From positions 1 to 64,000 of the forward strand of contig MU271184.1 in assembly GCA_021432655.1 (NCBI GenBank): a DNA stretch of 64,000 bases, read 5' to 3'. A program made the translations under genes and the position numbers. Shown here in pieces: positions 1 to 12,742 of the stretch. Source of the DNA: Atractiella rhizophila. Its lineage: Eukaryota. The notes beneath the pieces were generated by a model. It was not told the DNA's origin and did no database searches. It saw only the letters and a program-made list of their open reading frames with translations. The stretch's first letter is position 1; each line of letters begins with the position of its first letter.

Positions 1-33
1 AACAGGTTTAAAACTTAAAATTCATATATAACA

Positions 34-217
34 CCCGTTGTTCCCCGTCTGACCCGTCATGGAAGCGCATGAGAGGGCTGACGGACGGGTAGCACCCGTC
101 CGTTTATACCGTCCGTCGTCAAAAATTCAAAGTTGTGACGATGATGGGACGGGTGGCCAAAAATGCCGTCCGTCCCGGACCCGTCACCCGTCTTGACGGT
201 GACGGTGCAAAGCCCTA
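34..217. mobile_element. Terminal region of a hAT-like DNA transposon (subterminal repeats plus TIR); the element body probably lies left of the window
   Basis: Dense CCGTC/GACGG short repeats in both orientations, ending in ...TGCAAAGCCCTA (reverse complement TAGGGCTTTGCA). Other hAT ends in this window also start with TAG. Confidence 0.6.
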
Positions 218-301
218 AAGTGAACCACTACTTTCTCTTCCCTGCTTCAATATGTAACCTTTCTTTTGTCAAAACCCAGTCCATCTTTTCCTCTACCCAT
301 G

Positions 302-2062
302 TCATTGCCATAAAAACTCGCATATTGATCCAACGTCCCGCACTTTGCCATCCTTGATACCCATGAAAAACTTCTTTACCACATTCTCATCTATGCTCCA
401 CTTCCCCAACATATTCGTACAGAGTAGGACATTGTGTAAGTTGGTCTTCGGCAGTGGGTATGGAACCTTGGACCAATGCAGAAAGTTGAAATCACAGATG
501 TCGTGATTGTTTGTATTCTTCTGACGATATCCATCCTTTTGCTTCTTACATCGACCACAAGTCTTTACAGCTCCAAGGTTGCCCTCCTTTGTTGGCTTCA
601 TGTATGTCACTTTCACTGGTGGAGGGTGTGTCGTTTGTAGTTTCCAGAATGGTTTGATTGCTGCTCAACACATTGTTAGTAAGTTCTTTTTCTTGTCAAT
701 AAAATTGTTCAGACTCATACTCTCCTCTGGGTACTCTCTGAATGTGACTAGCAACCTCCTTCTCGATTGCAATAAACCATTTTCAGCACCAAACCGTCGC
801 TAATGAATTTGTTAGTCAGAACACCGTTTTCTGCATTGTAATACACAGGGTTCAAGATAAGATGGGGGTTATTATAGTTCTCAGCAAACAACTTCAGCTG
901 CTTCTCCGTCAAGAAGTAGCGTTGAACTGAAGTTGGCAGGCCACAAGTTTCTAAAAGGCAGCAGAGTACATTTGAATTGTACTCTTCTCCTGATAATCTG
1001 CAAATGATGTGTCTGTTGCTGAAGTAAAGGTCTGTGACATTCGAGATTGAGAGACATTTGTGGGCAGAGGAACTGGCAGTGGATCTGTTTCCACATCAAT
1101 ATTTATGGAAGATGGGGACTGGTTTGATTTTGTAAAGTTCCGAATAGACGGTAGCAGAGGTGACTTGATATCTAGTCCAAAAGTTCTTGATTTTGATGAG
1201 GGCGTTTTGGAGGAGATGGCAAGCATAGCAGTGACATCATCCTCACTATCCAATTGTGTTGCTATGTGTCTTGCAAGCGAGACGAACTGATCGCAGAACG
1301 TTGTAAATGAGTGTTTTCGAGTTTCTATAACAGTTTAATAAGAATATATTCCTATGTTGAGAAGACTGGGCAAGAGAAGACCTACTGCCTTAGAAACACC
1401 TCCATTTCAACATCAGAGTATACAGGAAGCTCATCATTCATAACAACCGTTCCATTCATAACAGCAATAACAATTACTTCGACATGTTCAATATCATATG
1501 GCTTGAGAGTTTGGAGGAGCTCCTTTTGCTTCGCTTCATAGTGATCTAGGTCAACTCCTGTAAATCTAAACTCATGGAATATCAATAAATATACTACTCC
1601 CAGTAGCAAGTACAGAAAACATACTGTTTTTCATACTTAACCAATCTAAACTTGTGCTTCGAAAAGATGTCCAGCAGTTTAGACTGGCTTGAAGAGTATA
1701 AGATTTCTTCCAGGCAAATATTCCGATCCACAAGAAAGATGTGGTGGGTACCAGCCTGAATAACCTTCTTCCAAAATGCTCATGATGGTGAGTCAGCTGG
1801 CTGGAGTGGTTCTTAATTTTGACAAGGAGCTTTCTCGTGTAAGAAGATATCGGGAAGGACACTCAGAATAGCTGTAAGAGAAGAAGCTGATCCACAAAAT
1901 AGCTCGCCAGCTGCATTATGCCAGTTTTCATTATTTGATGTTGTAAATTGGAGTTGCTGATGCTTTGGAATAAGGCTTCCCTTCACAATATGACCCTTTT
2001 GAAGCTCGAATGTAGTGCAGGACTGGTTCCAAAGATCAGGATTCTTCTTGAACTTGTCTTCA
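302..2062 (-). pseudogene. 3' part of a degraded putative DDE transposase gene, homologous to 56414-58010
   Basis: Peptides KFKKNPDLWNQSCTTFELQKGHIVKGSL, MLLGVVYLLIFHEFRF and KSNQSPSSINIDVE..LPTNVSQSR match 56990-58010 in the opposite orientation. Contains a TSNNENWH motif and a C-terminal CGRC..H..C. Multiple stops and frameshifts. Confidence 0.6.
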
Positions 2063-2065
2063 ACT

Positions 2066-2830
2066 TTCATATACCCTCCCGTATGGCAGTTGAAGCACTC
2101 ATTGTTGGGCCTGTCTCTGCTACCTCCCATTTTCAGTTTTGCTGTCCTCTTCCCTTTCGTGAATAGCGCCGTCTCTAGTGCTCCCAACTTCTCCTTCCTC
2201 TGCCTCTCCTCTTCAATCAGTAGTGCTGATAGCTCGTGCGACGACAAGGTCGGTTTGTTCAAATGTACTCTGAAATATGCGGATGTGAACCTGTTCCATG
2301 ATTTTGACAACCATGTGATAAGGAGAAATATGAAGTCTTCATCTTGAGTGTATCCCCCTTAAGGCAAGTTCCTCTTAAACCTCTCTGAATGTGGAGATGT
2401 GCTCAACCATGCTGAATCCTTCCTCAGCATATGAATGATACAACCGACACCTTGCCACCAGGATTCCTAAGATCCCCTTTGCCTCTTTCGCCACACACAA
2501 TTGCTTCTACATCTCTGCTGCCGTCTTTGCTCCTGCCAAGTGGATCAGCTTGCCTTCGATGATTGTCAGCTCGATACACATCTGTGCCTTGGCATCCTTT
2601 GCATCCAATTTGTCGAGTTCTTTCTGGTTCATATTGGTGTCTTTCTCACCATCCTTTCATTTCTTTATCTCCAGAGTAGGTCTTTTCTTCTTTGATCCAG
2701 TAACATAGTCTAACAGATCGATCTTCTGTAGGACCACTATGAGGTGTTGTTTGTACGCCACCCAGTTATTCGATTTGAGTGGCTCAATCTTGAATACATT
2801 GAAGGACTCGGATATGGTTGTGTGGGTGTT
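2066..2830 (-). mobile_element. Ty1/Copia gag fragment (degenerate)
   Basis: IEPLKSNNWVAYKQHLIVVLQKIDLLDYVTG resembles a Copia gag N-terminus. Also LSKSWNRF..LIEEERQR..ALF and a truncated zinc knuckle CFNCHTGG. Confidence 0.7.
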
Positions 2831-2889
2831 TAGGGGACTGGAGGTACAATGGGTGACAATCATCACAAGTGACCATGATGAAGTATTTG

Positions 2890-3625
2890 AGGCAGTACTC
2901 CACTTAGTGCTATTCCTCAGGCTCAAAGAAGACACCGAAGACCACCTAAAGGACATCACCCATCGTAGAGCATCATCCTAAGTTTACTGGAAGGGAGAGA
3001 GCTCCTATTTGGCTAAAAGGGAAGGGAGTACAAATGTATACCGACAAGGAAGTAAAAAGTTGGTCATATCGACATATGAGAAGTAAAGGCACAGAGGACA
3101 AGACCTGGCACTGTAGCACATCAAACAGGAGTTCTATTGGCCGACAATCCAAGCAGATGTAATGGAGCATGCCCTCTCCTGCCCAACATGTCAGGCATGC
3201 AAATCTTCAACAAAGTTTTCAACCATTCAGGACTGCCGCTGCACACAACTTTCGATGGAGGAGGAACTTACAACAACATGGAATTGAAGTCACAGGTGAA
3301 AGAAGCAGGAATGATAGCTCACTTCACACCAGCCCTGCAACCGTCGGTGAACGGATTCCCCAAGAACAAAAACCACATATACCTCGAACAATGCTGAAAG
3401 AACGTGCCTCGAGACAAAACGGATACAAACAGCTCTTGGGCAATAAGGATGGAGAATGACATGAACTCCCTCAACCATGACAGGAGCCAGAACGCATATT
3501 CATGCCGATAGAATTACTTGATGGAACCCGTCTGACAGGCGGCAACTGACACAAGAGGACATTAGGGATTTTTGCGGAGGAAGGGAAGGAGCCATCTAGG
3601 AAGGAAATTGAGGTGTACCTGGGTC
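2890..3625 (+). mobile_element. Ty3/gypsy integrase fragment, internally deleted; same family as 42600-45170
   Basis: Nucleotide similarity to the reverse complement of ~42860-43790. The peptide GMQIFNKVFNHSG..FDGGGTYNN..AHFTPALQPSVNG matches ORF 43061-43315. Confidence 0.75.
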
Positions 3626-4514
3626 ACTGAGCACTGAGGCTGGTCAGGGTCCATGTCGTGATATCGACCAACCACAAAGCTGTTCAAATCGAAGGCTTGG
3701 AAGAAAAGGAATGAGAAAGGAACGAACAAGGTTAGTGTCCTTAAAAGCTTTTGAAAAGCGCGGGAAGTTGAGCCAACGTATAGCATTTGACGTATTTGTT
3801 GTGACACAACCCATCGATCAGCCCCATCTACTCAGAACATTCTTGCCAAAGTTCAGAATCTTCTTCTCTTTTCAGGTTCGTTTTTTCATGCTTTGGTAAT
3901 TTCCCAACGTCGTTCTAAGATGCTTGCTTGTGTTGCGAACTGTATTCATAGCGAGCTTGCAGAACGTTTGCCGCCCAATGGCAAAACGGTTCATCTCATG
4001 TGTTATGGTGAAATTTGAGCCAAACGCGTTTGACTGAAGCAGACGAAGATTATGAATTATAGACTTATTTTGCTCACTCATATTTAGTAGTTGTCAACTA
4101 ATTAAGTACAAAACACAGGACGGAAGACTGATGTTGTACCCATATGGGAGGTTCAGTGAATCTATCCTCTCTTCAAGCTTCAGTGATCTCTTAAGCGGCT
4201 GGCAATCTGCTGAAATTGTGCTGTGTCACAGAAGTCGTCAGTTAAAGTTAGCCAGATGCAGGTATTGATCGCATTGACAAATATCCTCCTCCCGTATGGA
4301 GCTGTCAAATTTCAAAGGGCATGGATCAATATGGATTAGTCTAACAATTCAGAAAGTTAAAAAGCATCGTCCCATGTGAGAACACCTGTAATCGAAAGTG
4401 GAACCGTGCCATAAGCCCATTTCGAAAATAACCGCCCGTCCATTCGATGTCTTCCGACTTTCTTAAAGAAATGTGTTTAGATTTAGCACAATGGAATGCT
4501 AGGATAGATGGTAT

Positions 4515-6436
4515 TCAAATCCCAGCAATAAATCTCTGAAACTCTGAGTCTGTTGGCACGATGAAGCAGTCTCCGTCCCGCATTTGCACCGGCGACGCGG
4601 TTACCTCGATTCTGCCCTTGGAGGTTCGCCCGATGTGGAATGTTGAGGGAGGTTGCGGTGAGGAAGCGGAGGGTTGGGAGACCTGTCGACGGTTTGGATG
4701 GTTGATCAGGCTGACGCTACTCCGTCCGTTCCAAGCAGGAATGAATGACGGGTACGGAGCGTCCAAACTCAATCGGTTCTGGTTTTGCATTCTTACCCCA
4801 ATTCCAGGAATATTTTGCTTCCTCCGTAAAGGTTTCAACCTCTTGGATACTTACGATCGATCAAAGCGGACTGACGGCGTGTGGAACGGTCTGAGCCCCC
4901 ACGGAACGGTGCCGGTCCTTTGGTCGGGCTTGGGGGATGGGGACTGAAGAAGAGAGCATCCTCTCCCAGTCGAGCTTCGGATCGTCTTCGCGTTCCTCCA
5001 CTTCGACGTCATGAAAGTACTCGGCGTTGTTGCGCTTTGCGCGTAGGAGACCTCGGTGAGAAGGCATGTCCAAACTGAGCAGGCTCCTGATCTTGGCTTC
5101 TTGGCTTGCACCCAGACGTCTAGCGCTCCCATTCTCATCCATCTTCACCTCATCCACAAAGTTCGAGGAGAGGTATCTGTAATTCTGCAGTGTGACAGAA
5201 AGGATAGGCGTCCCCTCTTCGTCCCTCGGCACCAGCGCATCCAAGTCATCTCCTAGCATTACATCTTCACCTTCCTCGTCGTCGCTCATCTCTTCATCTA
5301 ACGGAAAGACTGCAACATCCTGTTCTTGTGCACGCTTCTCTCCTCCCAGCAGCGTTGTGTTGAGCGATTGTTGGCTCTTCGATACCTCATCGAGATTGAG
5401 GACACCAGCCTCGAGACTGGAGTGGTCGGTGGATACCGAGCTGTCAGCAGAAGCGGAATGGGGAGGAGGAGGAGAAGGAACTGGTTGACGAGTCCGCATA
5501 TCCCCGGTGGGAGTGGGTGGAATGGGGTCAGGGATGGTTGGTTCTCGAAGGAAAGTAGAAGGGGTCGAGACCTGTCCTGTTCCCTTCTCCCTCGAAGGAA
5601 GTCGACATTGTATCATCCGGAACAACGGTTGATGGTGGGGCAGGTCTTTGTCGGGCTTGAAAGCTAGCTCTCCTGATGCTGGATGGAAAATCCTGGTATG
5701 CAGGCGACGTGACCGGTGGCGACTGTGCAGAAGAAACTGTCGACTTGTGCTGCCCCAGTCTCCGCTTGACTCCACTCCTAACGAGCAGAGCATTCGCCTC
5801 CTCTCTGATCCAATCTTCTTCCTCCTCCACTTCACGTCTAATTCTCGCTATCTTCTCTTCCATCTTTGTCTCCATCTCAGAGATCAACCCGTCAACATAT
5901 CCGTTCACCCATTCCGTGGTCGTGGTGCTGGAGGCGTGAGAAGGATGATACGGAAAAGAATGGCGATCGCGAGACGGAAGTGGGGAGGGATCGACGATCA
6001 TAGACTGTGTTGGGGAAGCGACAAGAGCGTAGACAGGAGAAGCGTTCGAATCCTGATCTTCAAGGCTCGAGCTTGAACGCCCAAGACGTTGATTCCAGAG
6101 TCTTGGTTCAATTCTGGGCTCTGGAAACCCCTCCTCATACATCACAACCCCCCAGACTGGCGATGCCTGGTCTCGTTGAGGTGTACTCCCGGGCTGGGAG
6201 CCAAGGCAAACATTCATCAGGACTGGTTCAGTTTCCTGTTGGAGGGGCGTACCTGCATCTCCTCTCCGATAGTCACCACCTCCCCCACTGTGGCTCGAGG
6301 GCCAGCATTTTCCTCCGTCAAAACATGAACTCCACAGTTGAGGCAATGAAGAGTTGTTTTCACCACCGACGAGGGTAGCGAAGAGGTTGGAAAGCGTTGA
6401 GAGAGGAACGAATAGCGCTGTCGACAAAAAACTCAA
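4515..6436 (-). CDS. Hypothetical low-complexity protein split over two overlapping frames (apparent frameshift near 5560), with a possible 3' exon at 4515-4838
   Basis: Long ORFs 5528-6436 and 4861-5835 give protein-like Ser/Pro/acidic sequence and a coiled-coil-like stretch. No recognisable domain. Confidence 0.45.
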
Positions 6437-7120
6437 ATTCAGTCATCCTCGTCCGTTTCGGATCTCTGAACTCTTCTGGCACGCAGCCAAACAATGATTG
6501 AAGTGAACGATTGACGCAAAGCATTCTTCGTGGGTTTTGCCGCGCTCCAATCTTTGCTTCGAAGTAAACGAGAACTCATTCGGCCGCTACATTCTGACGA
6601 GTCAAAGCAGGGAGCTGGGGAACCAGGAGAGACCTGTAGGTGCTAAGCACAGAAGCAGCGATAAAGCTCTGTTCGCCCAGGCGGGGATGTTTCATGTCTA
6701 TGAAGCATATGACCACAAAATTTCCTGCCTGACATTACCACATGCAGGTAACGGTAAGGTCAAATACGCCGCAAGTTGAGATTCGGCAAAAAAAGTGCAG
6801 TGAATCGGTCACAATCACGAGCCCATCGAACCTGAACGAATGAACAGGTTAGATCTAGGTTGGGCAAGCGAAGACATAATCAGATGCGAGCAAGATTTCA
6901 ACATTGAAATCAATCAACCAAGCGAGATGGTTTGCGAATTGCTTTGATTTGTGAGATGTGCGAAGCAACTTGAAAATCGTGGGTCACATCGGTTGATCGT
7001 TGCTCTGGAGCCTGACAGGCGGAGACAACATGGCTCCCATCGCTCAAATGACACAGAAGAATGTTCCACAACGCACGTTGAAAAGAATGAGAGAAGTGAC
7101 GAGATACGGATCTGTAAGCA

Positions 7121-7213
7121 CTGCAAATGCGAGCCACAAAAGCGATGAGAATACATTTCATTGTTACTTAAGAGAAATAACTGTACCTGCAAATGCGAGC
7201 CACAAAAGCGATG
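7121..7213. repeat. 27-bp direct repeat, two copies
   Basis: CTGCAAATGCGAGCCACAAAAGCGATG at 7121-7147 and 7187-7213. Confidence 0.85.
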
Positions 7214-8543
7214 GGACTCGCACTGCAGGGGTCTTGCATATTTGTGAGAAAATATCACCGTAGCCCGTCGCCGTTCCTTGAGCCAATTATCAAGCAATAG
7301 AAGAAGAAGAAATGGAAAGAGAAAAAGTCACAAGACCAAAATGACGTAGGAAGTGAGAAATGGGAATGCGCAAATGTCCATCAAGAAGTACCATCCAAAC
7401 TCCCTCCTCCTTTCCTTCCCAGCTGTTCATGGCTACCTCTTCTCCCTCTTCATTCACGTACTTTTCCAGCTTCCCACTTCTCAAGACCTTACTATTTCCT
7501 TCCCCAATGACCTCTTCCTTGTTCTCACTTGTAAAGGAACACGAAAGTTGTGGATCAGTGATCTGGTGAAACTGCTTCCCTGCAGAGGACTTTCGACGCT
7601 GTTCAAAAAAGATTGACCTTAAGTGAGCTTTTCCTCACGTACGTCAAATCAGGAAATGGGAACGATCATTGCTGCTGGAATTTCAAGCAATGGACAATGG
7701 ACATTAAGGCAAACTTTGTTATTATTGACCCTACAGCTCTTCGAGGGAGAAGAATCGGCATTTCGAAACAAGTACGGATCAGCAGCGGAGGCGCGTTCTC
7801 CAGAAAGCTATCTTGAACGCTGCCTTCTGCTTATAAGTAGCCTTAACTAGGGATGTTGCGTTCATGAAGGTTTAGAGGAAAGAGGAATCGATTGTTTTCC
7901 GTTCACATCCACCACACAGCGATAGCCTTGCCGTTTCATTCATTGTTATTATTCTCGTGTTCCCCCTCAAAGCGATTGACGCCTACCGGTAGGAGTATCA
8001 GGCTAATGATGCATTTGTGTGCTACACTATTCGAGAAATTTAGCTAAAAGTACATTATGCACTTAGCCCTCGGAAATCATTGAGTTGATTTTGCTTGGTA
8101 TTCATACCTGATGAAGGAGGTGCTCAGAACAAGGGATTCGTAGTTTTGGTTGACGCTAGGTCTGTTCGTGCCTTTGACACATTGAGGACCTTGAAAACGG
8201 AAACCTTCCAGCGCAGTAATCTACCTTCTCTTGCGTCCTTGTTTTATATCGGCTGAGCGTGAGCCCTTTGCGTACGACCCAGATTGTTCGCGGCGTGAGG
8301 ACGGCCTGCTGCCACCACTTCCTGCTCGTATGTATGCAGATTGTATCTCTTGAGTTCGCCATCGTTTCACTGATGGGGATGCTGATTTTAGGTACTAGAT
8401 ATTTGAGTGGCTGCAAGGTTTTGTGCGCGCTTTCTACGACGGACATCGCCATGTGTGAAGGTCTTGGTCCCTGGGCCTGGATCCTGAAGAATGGATGGAC
8501 CACCTACGCTTTTCACTCGACCATTTTTTGCTTTGTGGCCGGC

Positions 8544-8588
8544 GCTCTTGCCAGATACGAGGAAAGCTCTTGCCAGATACGAGGAAAG
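8544..8588. repeat. 22-bp perfect tandem duplication
   Basis: GCTCTTGCCAGATACGAGGAAA twice in tandem. Confidence 0.9.
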
Positions 8589-8797
8589 GAAGAATCCCCT
8601 CGACGTGCTCAGCCAACAAGTCAAACAAGCCGAACTTGCTTGAACAGTTTCATACTTCGCTGTTGTTGTGGAATCGGTGTAACGCCTACTCGTTTCCCGT
8701 CCCCCTTTTGGAGTAGTACTTCTCCTGCAGGTTAGGGGACGATTATAAAATTCAGTCATTATCATGATGCATGCAAGTCACCACCGTGATTACCCTG

Positions 8798-9512
8798 ATG
8801 TCCTCCCAAGGCGAAAGTAGCACGAAGAAGAAAACGGCAAGCGTATAGTTGCGAATTTTGCCGCCCTCGAAGAGTGCGATGTAATAGGTAAAGATTACTT
8901 ACTGTTGATTTATTGATGCGTATCAGACTTTCTCAATGTAACCAATGCACGGCACGTAATATCAAATGTGTGTGGTCCGAAGGAGGTATGAATCCTTCAG
9001 CTCTCATGGCAGAAGATGACTGACAAAGCTTCTAGTAATACCGTGAGTTGGGATTCTCCTTTGTCAGATTTTCCTAACTATTCGTGACGTAGGACTGGTG
9101 CAACAGCACAAACAGTAGATGATTTAAAAGAGAAGTGGCGCGTTTAACGGCTCAGTTTATCCCTAAAAATGTCGAGTTACAACGAAGTCGTTTACAACAA
9201 GAAACGGGGCTGTTTCTGTCACCACTTCACCTGGATTTGGACGCTTTGGCGACGCTGGCATTTTCTTTTCGAGAAATGCGAAATCCTGTTGTGAAGATGA
9301 ATTCTGCGACGTCGGCACTCACACCGCCTGACATATCATCGAGTCTTCAACTTGACGATCAACCGGAGGATGTGGATTTGAACGACTTCCTGGAAACACT
9401 GAAAAGTGCAGCGACAGCTTCAGATCCTGCATGGATGATGAACGAAACGCAAAAGGTGCTAATACACAAAATACAGGAGGCTTTTGCTCTTGATTATTCT
9501 TTGAGAGTTTGA
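8798..9512 (+). CDS. Small Zn(II)2Cys6 (GAL4-type) transcription factor, multi-exon, with an apparent 1-nt indel near 8835
   Basis: Splicing across the intron at ~8887-8926 gives KRQAYSCEFCRPRRVRCNR|LSQCNQCTARNIKCVW, i.e. C-x2-C-x6-C-x5-C-x2-C-x6-C. The last exon is probably ORF 9135-9512. Confidence 0.8.
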
Positions 9513-9695
9513 ACTAAGCTCACATCGGTACATTCTAACTCTTTGCCTGACTTGATAAGTAGATAATTCTGTTCTAAGTGTTTGAGATTTCTTTGCTTTC
9601 TATGTATGGAGGCATGTAGAGTAAATGTACTCCTATGTCAATGAAACATAAACAAATATTGGGGAAGTGAAGCGTGATTGTTCCGTAAAATCCTT

Positions 9696-12100
9696 CTACG
9701 CATCCCCTTCGCCAGCAAGCTTCTTGGCTTTCTGTTGCAGACCAAACCTCTTGTCCGTCTGGTCGTGAAGTTTATAAACACCAAAGAAGCAAGCGATTAC
9801 GGCCGTAAGCAGGCTCACACACAATCCAGTGAACCACACACTTCTGAGTGAACCTGTAAAAGCATTCCTGATTTCCCTCTGCTCCTCGTTGGGCAGGTCG
9901 TCAATGAGAGCGATAGTGGCATAGGCGATTTCGGTGCCAGCAGGGAATCGGGAAGGAAAGCAGACGGTAGACTTTTCTTCAGCTCGTTCTGTCTGTCTAT
10001 CAGTATAGAACACTCTTTGGAAATACGCGAGACAAACCTGAAGTATTGTCGAGCCGAGAGTGATGCCTAATACTTGACCAAACGATGTCTGTTTACTCCT
10101 CAGATCGAAACTGGGAATACACCCAAGTCCTCACACAGTAAAAGCGAGGAACGCGACTGCTTTCCCCTGAAGCTCCGGTCCAAGAGGTGCAGTAATGGGG
10201 AACATAGTCAACGGAAACAGTGGCTAGGCCATGTTATCTTGGATTGATTTGGAATGAAAGGTAGACTTACACCATATGCAGAGGTTACACTTAGTTGATA
10301 GACAGCAATGACTCCCAGAAAGGTGTTGGTGCGAATTGCAGCTAATAAGCCGAAACCGAGTGCGGATATTAACCAAAAAACAATGGTGTACATTTTGTAC
10401 GTCGTGAACCGTGTAATGAGCAATCCACCTGGTTCAACCACTTCAATTTTCTGACAATGGAGAGAATCTTGAGACTGACGAACGATAGCTAATGGCCCGC
10501 CCAAGAGAGACAGGGGAAAAAAATGGACGCCAGCCAAAATGGCAGAGTCGCCTCTAACGGCCTGGAAGCACACGGCTATGACGAGAGTCAGAACGGGAAA
10601 GGCTTGGTATGAAAAAAATTAGACGCACGGATGTCATACATTATGAAGAGTTCACGTATCCAATGATAGAGGTCTTGTTTCCGAGATCTTTCACCTAGCA
10701 AAGCCAAATCGTTTTAAGAGGCTCTGCGAGAAGATGAGAAACGATCTACAGGCATGGCAGGATTCTTGACCAGATAAAGCTCTAGAAACACATAACCGAC
10801 CATTCCTGCCTGTCCAAGCAACAGTGGCACAAGGATTCGGAAGCTGTCCCACGCATACTCGATCCCAGCCCAAGTCATGGCAATAATTACCGACCTTGAA
10901 CGTGGGCATTAGCAGGCACAGTGCATCCGATCCCACCCCTCCCATCCTACAGTCACGTAGCAGAAGCCATGAAGAGCGCATTCGCAGTGAAATCGATCCA
11001 CTTTAGCTTCTCCAAGACAGTACCTTCCGGAGTCTTCACGCTGAGGAACATGACAACGGCTGGGACAGCGACGGCCAGGATTGGGAGATTCACTGTTTTG
11101 ATTCCGTGAGTGGACCAATAAAAATGTTTGACTGACGGTAGAATAACCATCTCCCTGAACACAGATCAGCGAGATCAACGCAGGCGTGCCCCGACTCACA
11201 GTTCGTGTCTGCAAACACACCGCCGAGTAACCGAAATAACACTGAGATTGCGCACATTACAGGAAAGGGATTGGCTGACTGGACCAATAGCTGCGGCAAA
11301 TGCCCATACAGCGGTCAATAGACCCATGTACTACATACCGCCGTCAATGTATACACATCGTTGTCAAGTTTGACGTACCTTTCCTCTTCGAGACAGTCGG
11401 CTGCAGGATCTACGTCAACGAAGGGAACAATGCGAATTCGGCACTCACCAACGACCTGATTGCTGCAACTGATGATACCGCCACCTCCGACTCCTTTTAC
11501 TCCAAGTCAAATCAAATCAGATAGCTACGGTGGTGATCCTGACCTTGTATGGCTCTGGCGGCTATCAGCATGTCCATGTTTTGAGCAGCACCACAATGTA
11601 CAGATCCCACTCCAAAGAAAGCCACGCAAACCTAATTCGCTCGTTGATTAAGCAAAGTAGATAAAATAGTGAGTTCTCACGAGAATGAGAGGACGTCTGC
11701 CGAAGACGTGGCTCAAACCTGCTGCCCACAGTAGGAAGGAAGCGCTTGTTAACTACCAGTAGATGAGTCTATGAAGGTAGCAACTGGGATAATGAAGAGA
11801 AACGCACGGCATAGGCCGATCCAATCCATACGTAGTTATCTCCTCCGAGGTCTGCAGCGATCTTACGGAGTGCAGTGCCGATTGAGGTGAAGTCCAGAGC
11901 CGAGAAAAATCTTTGGAAGCGCGTCACTCTTAACAGAAGAAATTCAAACGAAAGCGACGTACATCGTTAACATAATGCTAGCATTACGAGATAAAGATAT
12001 TTAGAGGCGCATCAGCGTTACTGAGATCTTAGTGGTTGACGAGGGCCAGGCCTACCTGACGTGTAGGACGCCATTCTTCCTCAACTACACTGCCGTTGGA
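9696..12100 (-). CDS. MFS transporter, DHA2 (14-TM drug:H+ antiporter) type, many introns; 5' end unclear or damaged
   Basis: FFSALDFTSIGTALRKIAADLGGDNYVWIGSAY, LSHVFGRRPLIL (motif A), NLPI..LKWIDF, FQAVRGDSAILAGVHFFP and C-terminal IRNAFTGSLRSVWF. Stop codon at 9696-9698. Confidence 0.85.
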
Positions 12101-12742
12101 AAATTATCTGAAATGAGCTGTGCCCTGCACAGTCAAATGCAGAGTTTGATCCATTTGAAAATAGGCAGGCCCAGACTGCGATGTCTGCCCAGCTCAGGAA
12201 TAAACCCACTCTCTGCAGCTTGTCCGAGATATAATGAACGATTGCGTGCATGCCATGACAGATGCATATTGGCCCTGCGAAACTGATGAACATCTTTGGA
12301 GAGATGACTGCTCCGCTTGTGCACAGTCTGCGGGATTTCACGTTCGTAGTGAGTTCTCTGCAATAAAGGTGACCTGGTTCTGTTGTTTACTACCCTGTAC
12401 TGCATGATATCTGTCTATCATCTTCATCTTTCTAAGAGCCTCAGTCAAAGCTCAGGATTGGTCATCTACATCCATCCATCCAAGACCTGTTACTGGAAGC
12501 GGCTGCATCTTCGAAGGCATTCTGGATCGGCGCCATCAACCTTCTCAGTGATGCAACTTACTGCAAGAAAGTGCTTATATTACACATCTTTGACGGCTTG
12601 TCATGATGTTCTCCGTTATCATTATATAAATCAGCTGAGTGGTCTGGTGGCTGCAGGCACTACTTCAAGTTCTACTGTTTTCTTGCCGTATTTTATAGAT
12701 CATTCCAACCGCCTTTTTAATCAGTCGGAGGCGGCAGCCATC

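Noticed and set aside
1813..2310. 165-aa ORF as a genuine gene
   Set aside because: It is an accidental in-frame join of Copia gag and transposase remnants.
7848..7860. TAGGGATG as the left TIR of the hAT ending at 23117, which would make a 15-kb cargo element
   Set aside because: Only 8 bp match, there are no subterminal repeats, and the flanks (GCCTTAAC versus CCAATAAA) do not form a TSD.
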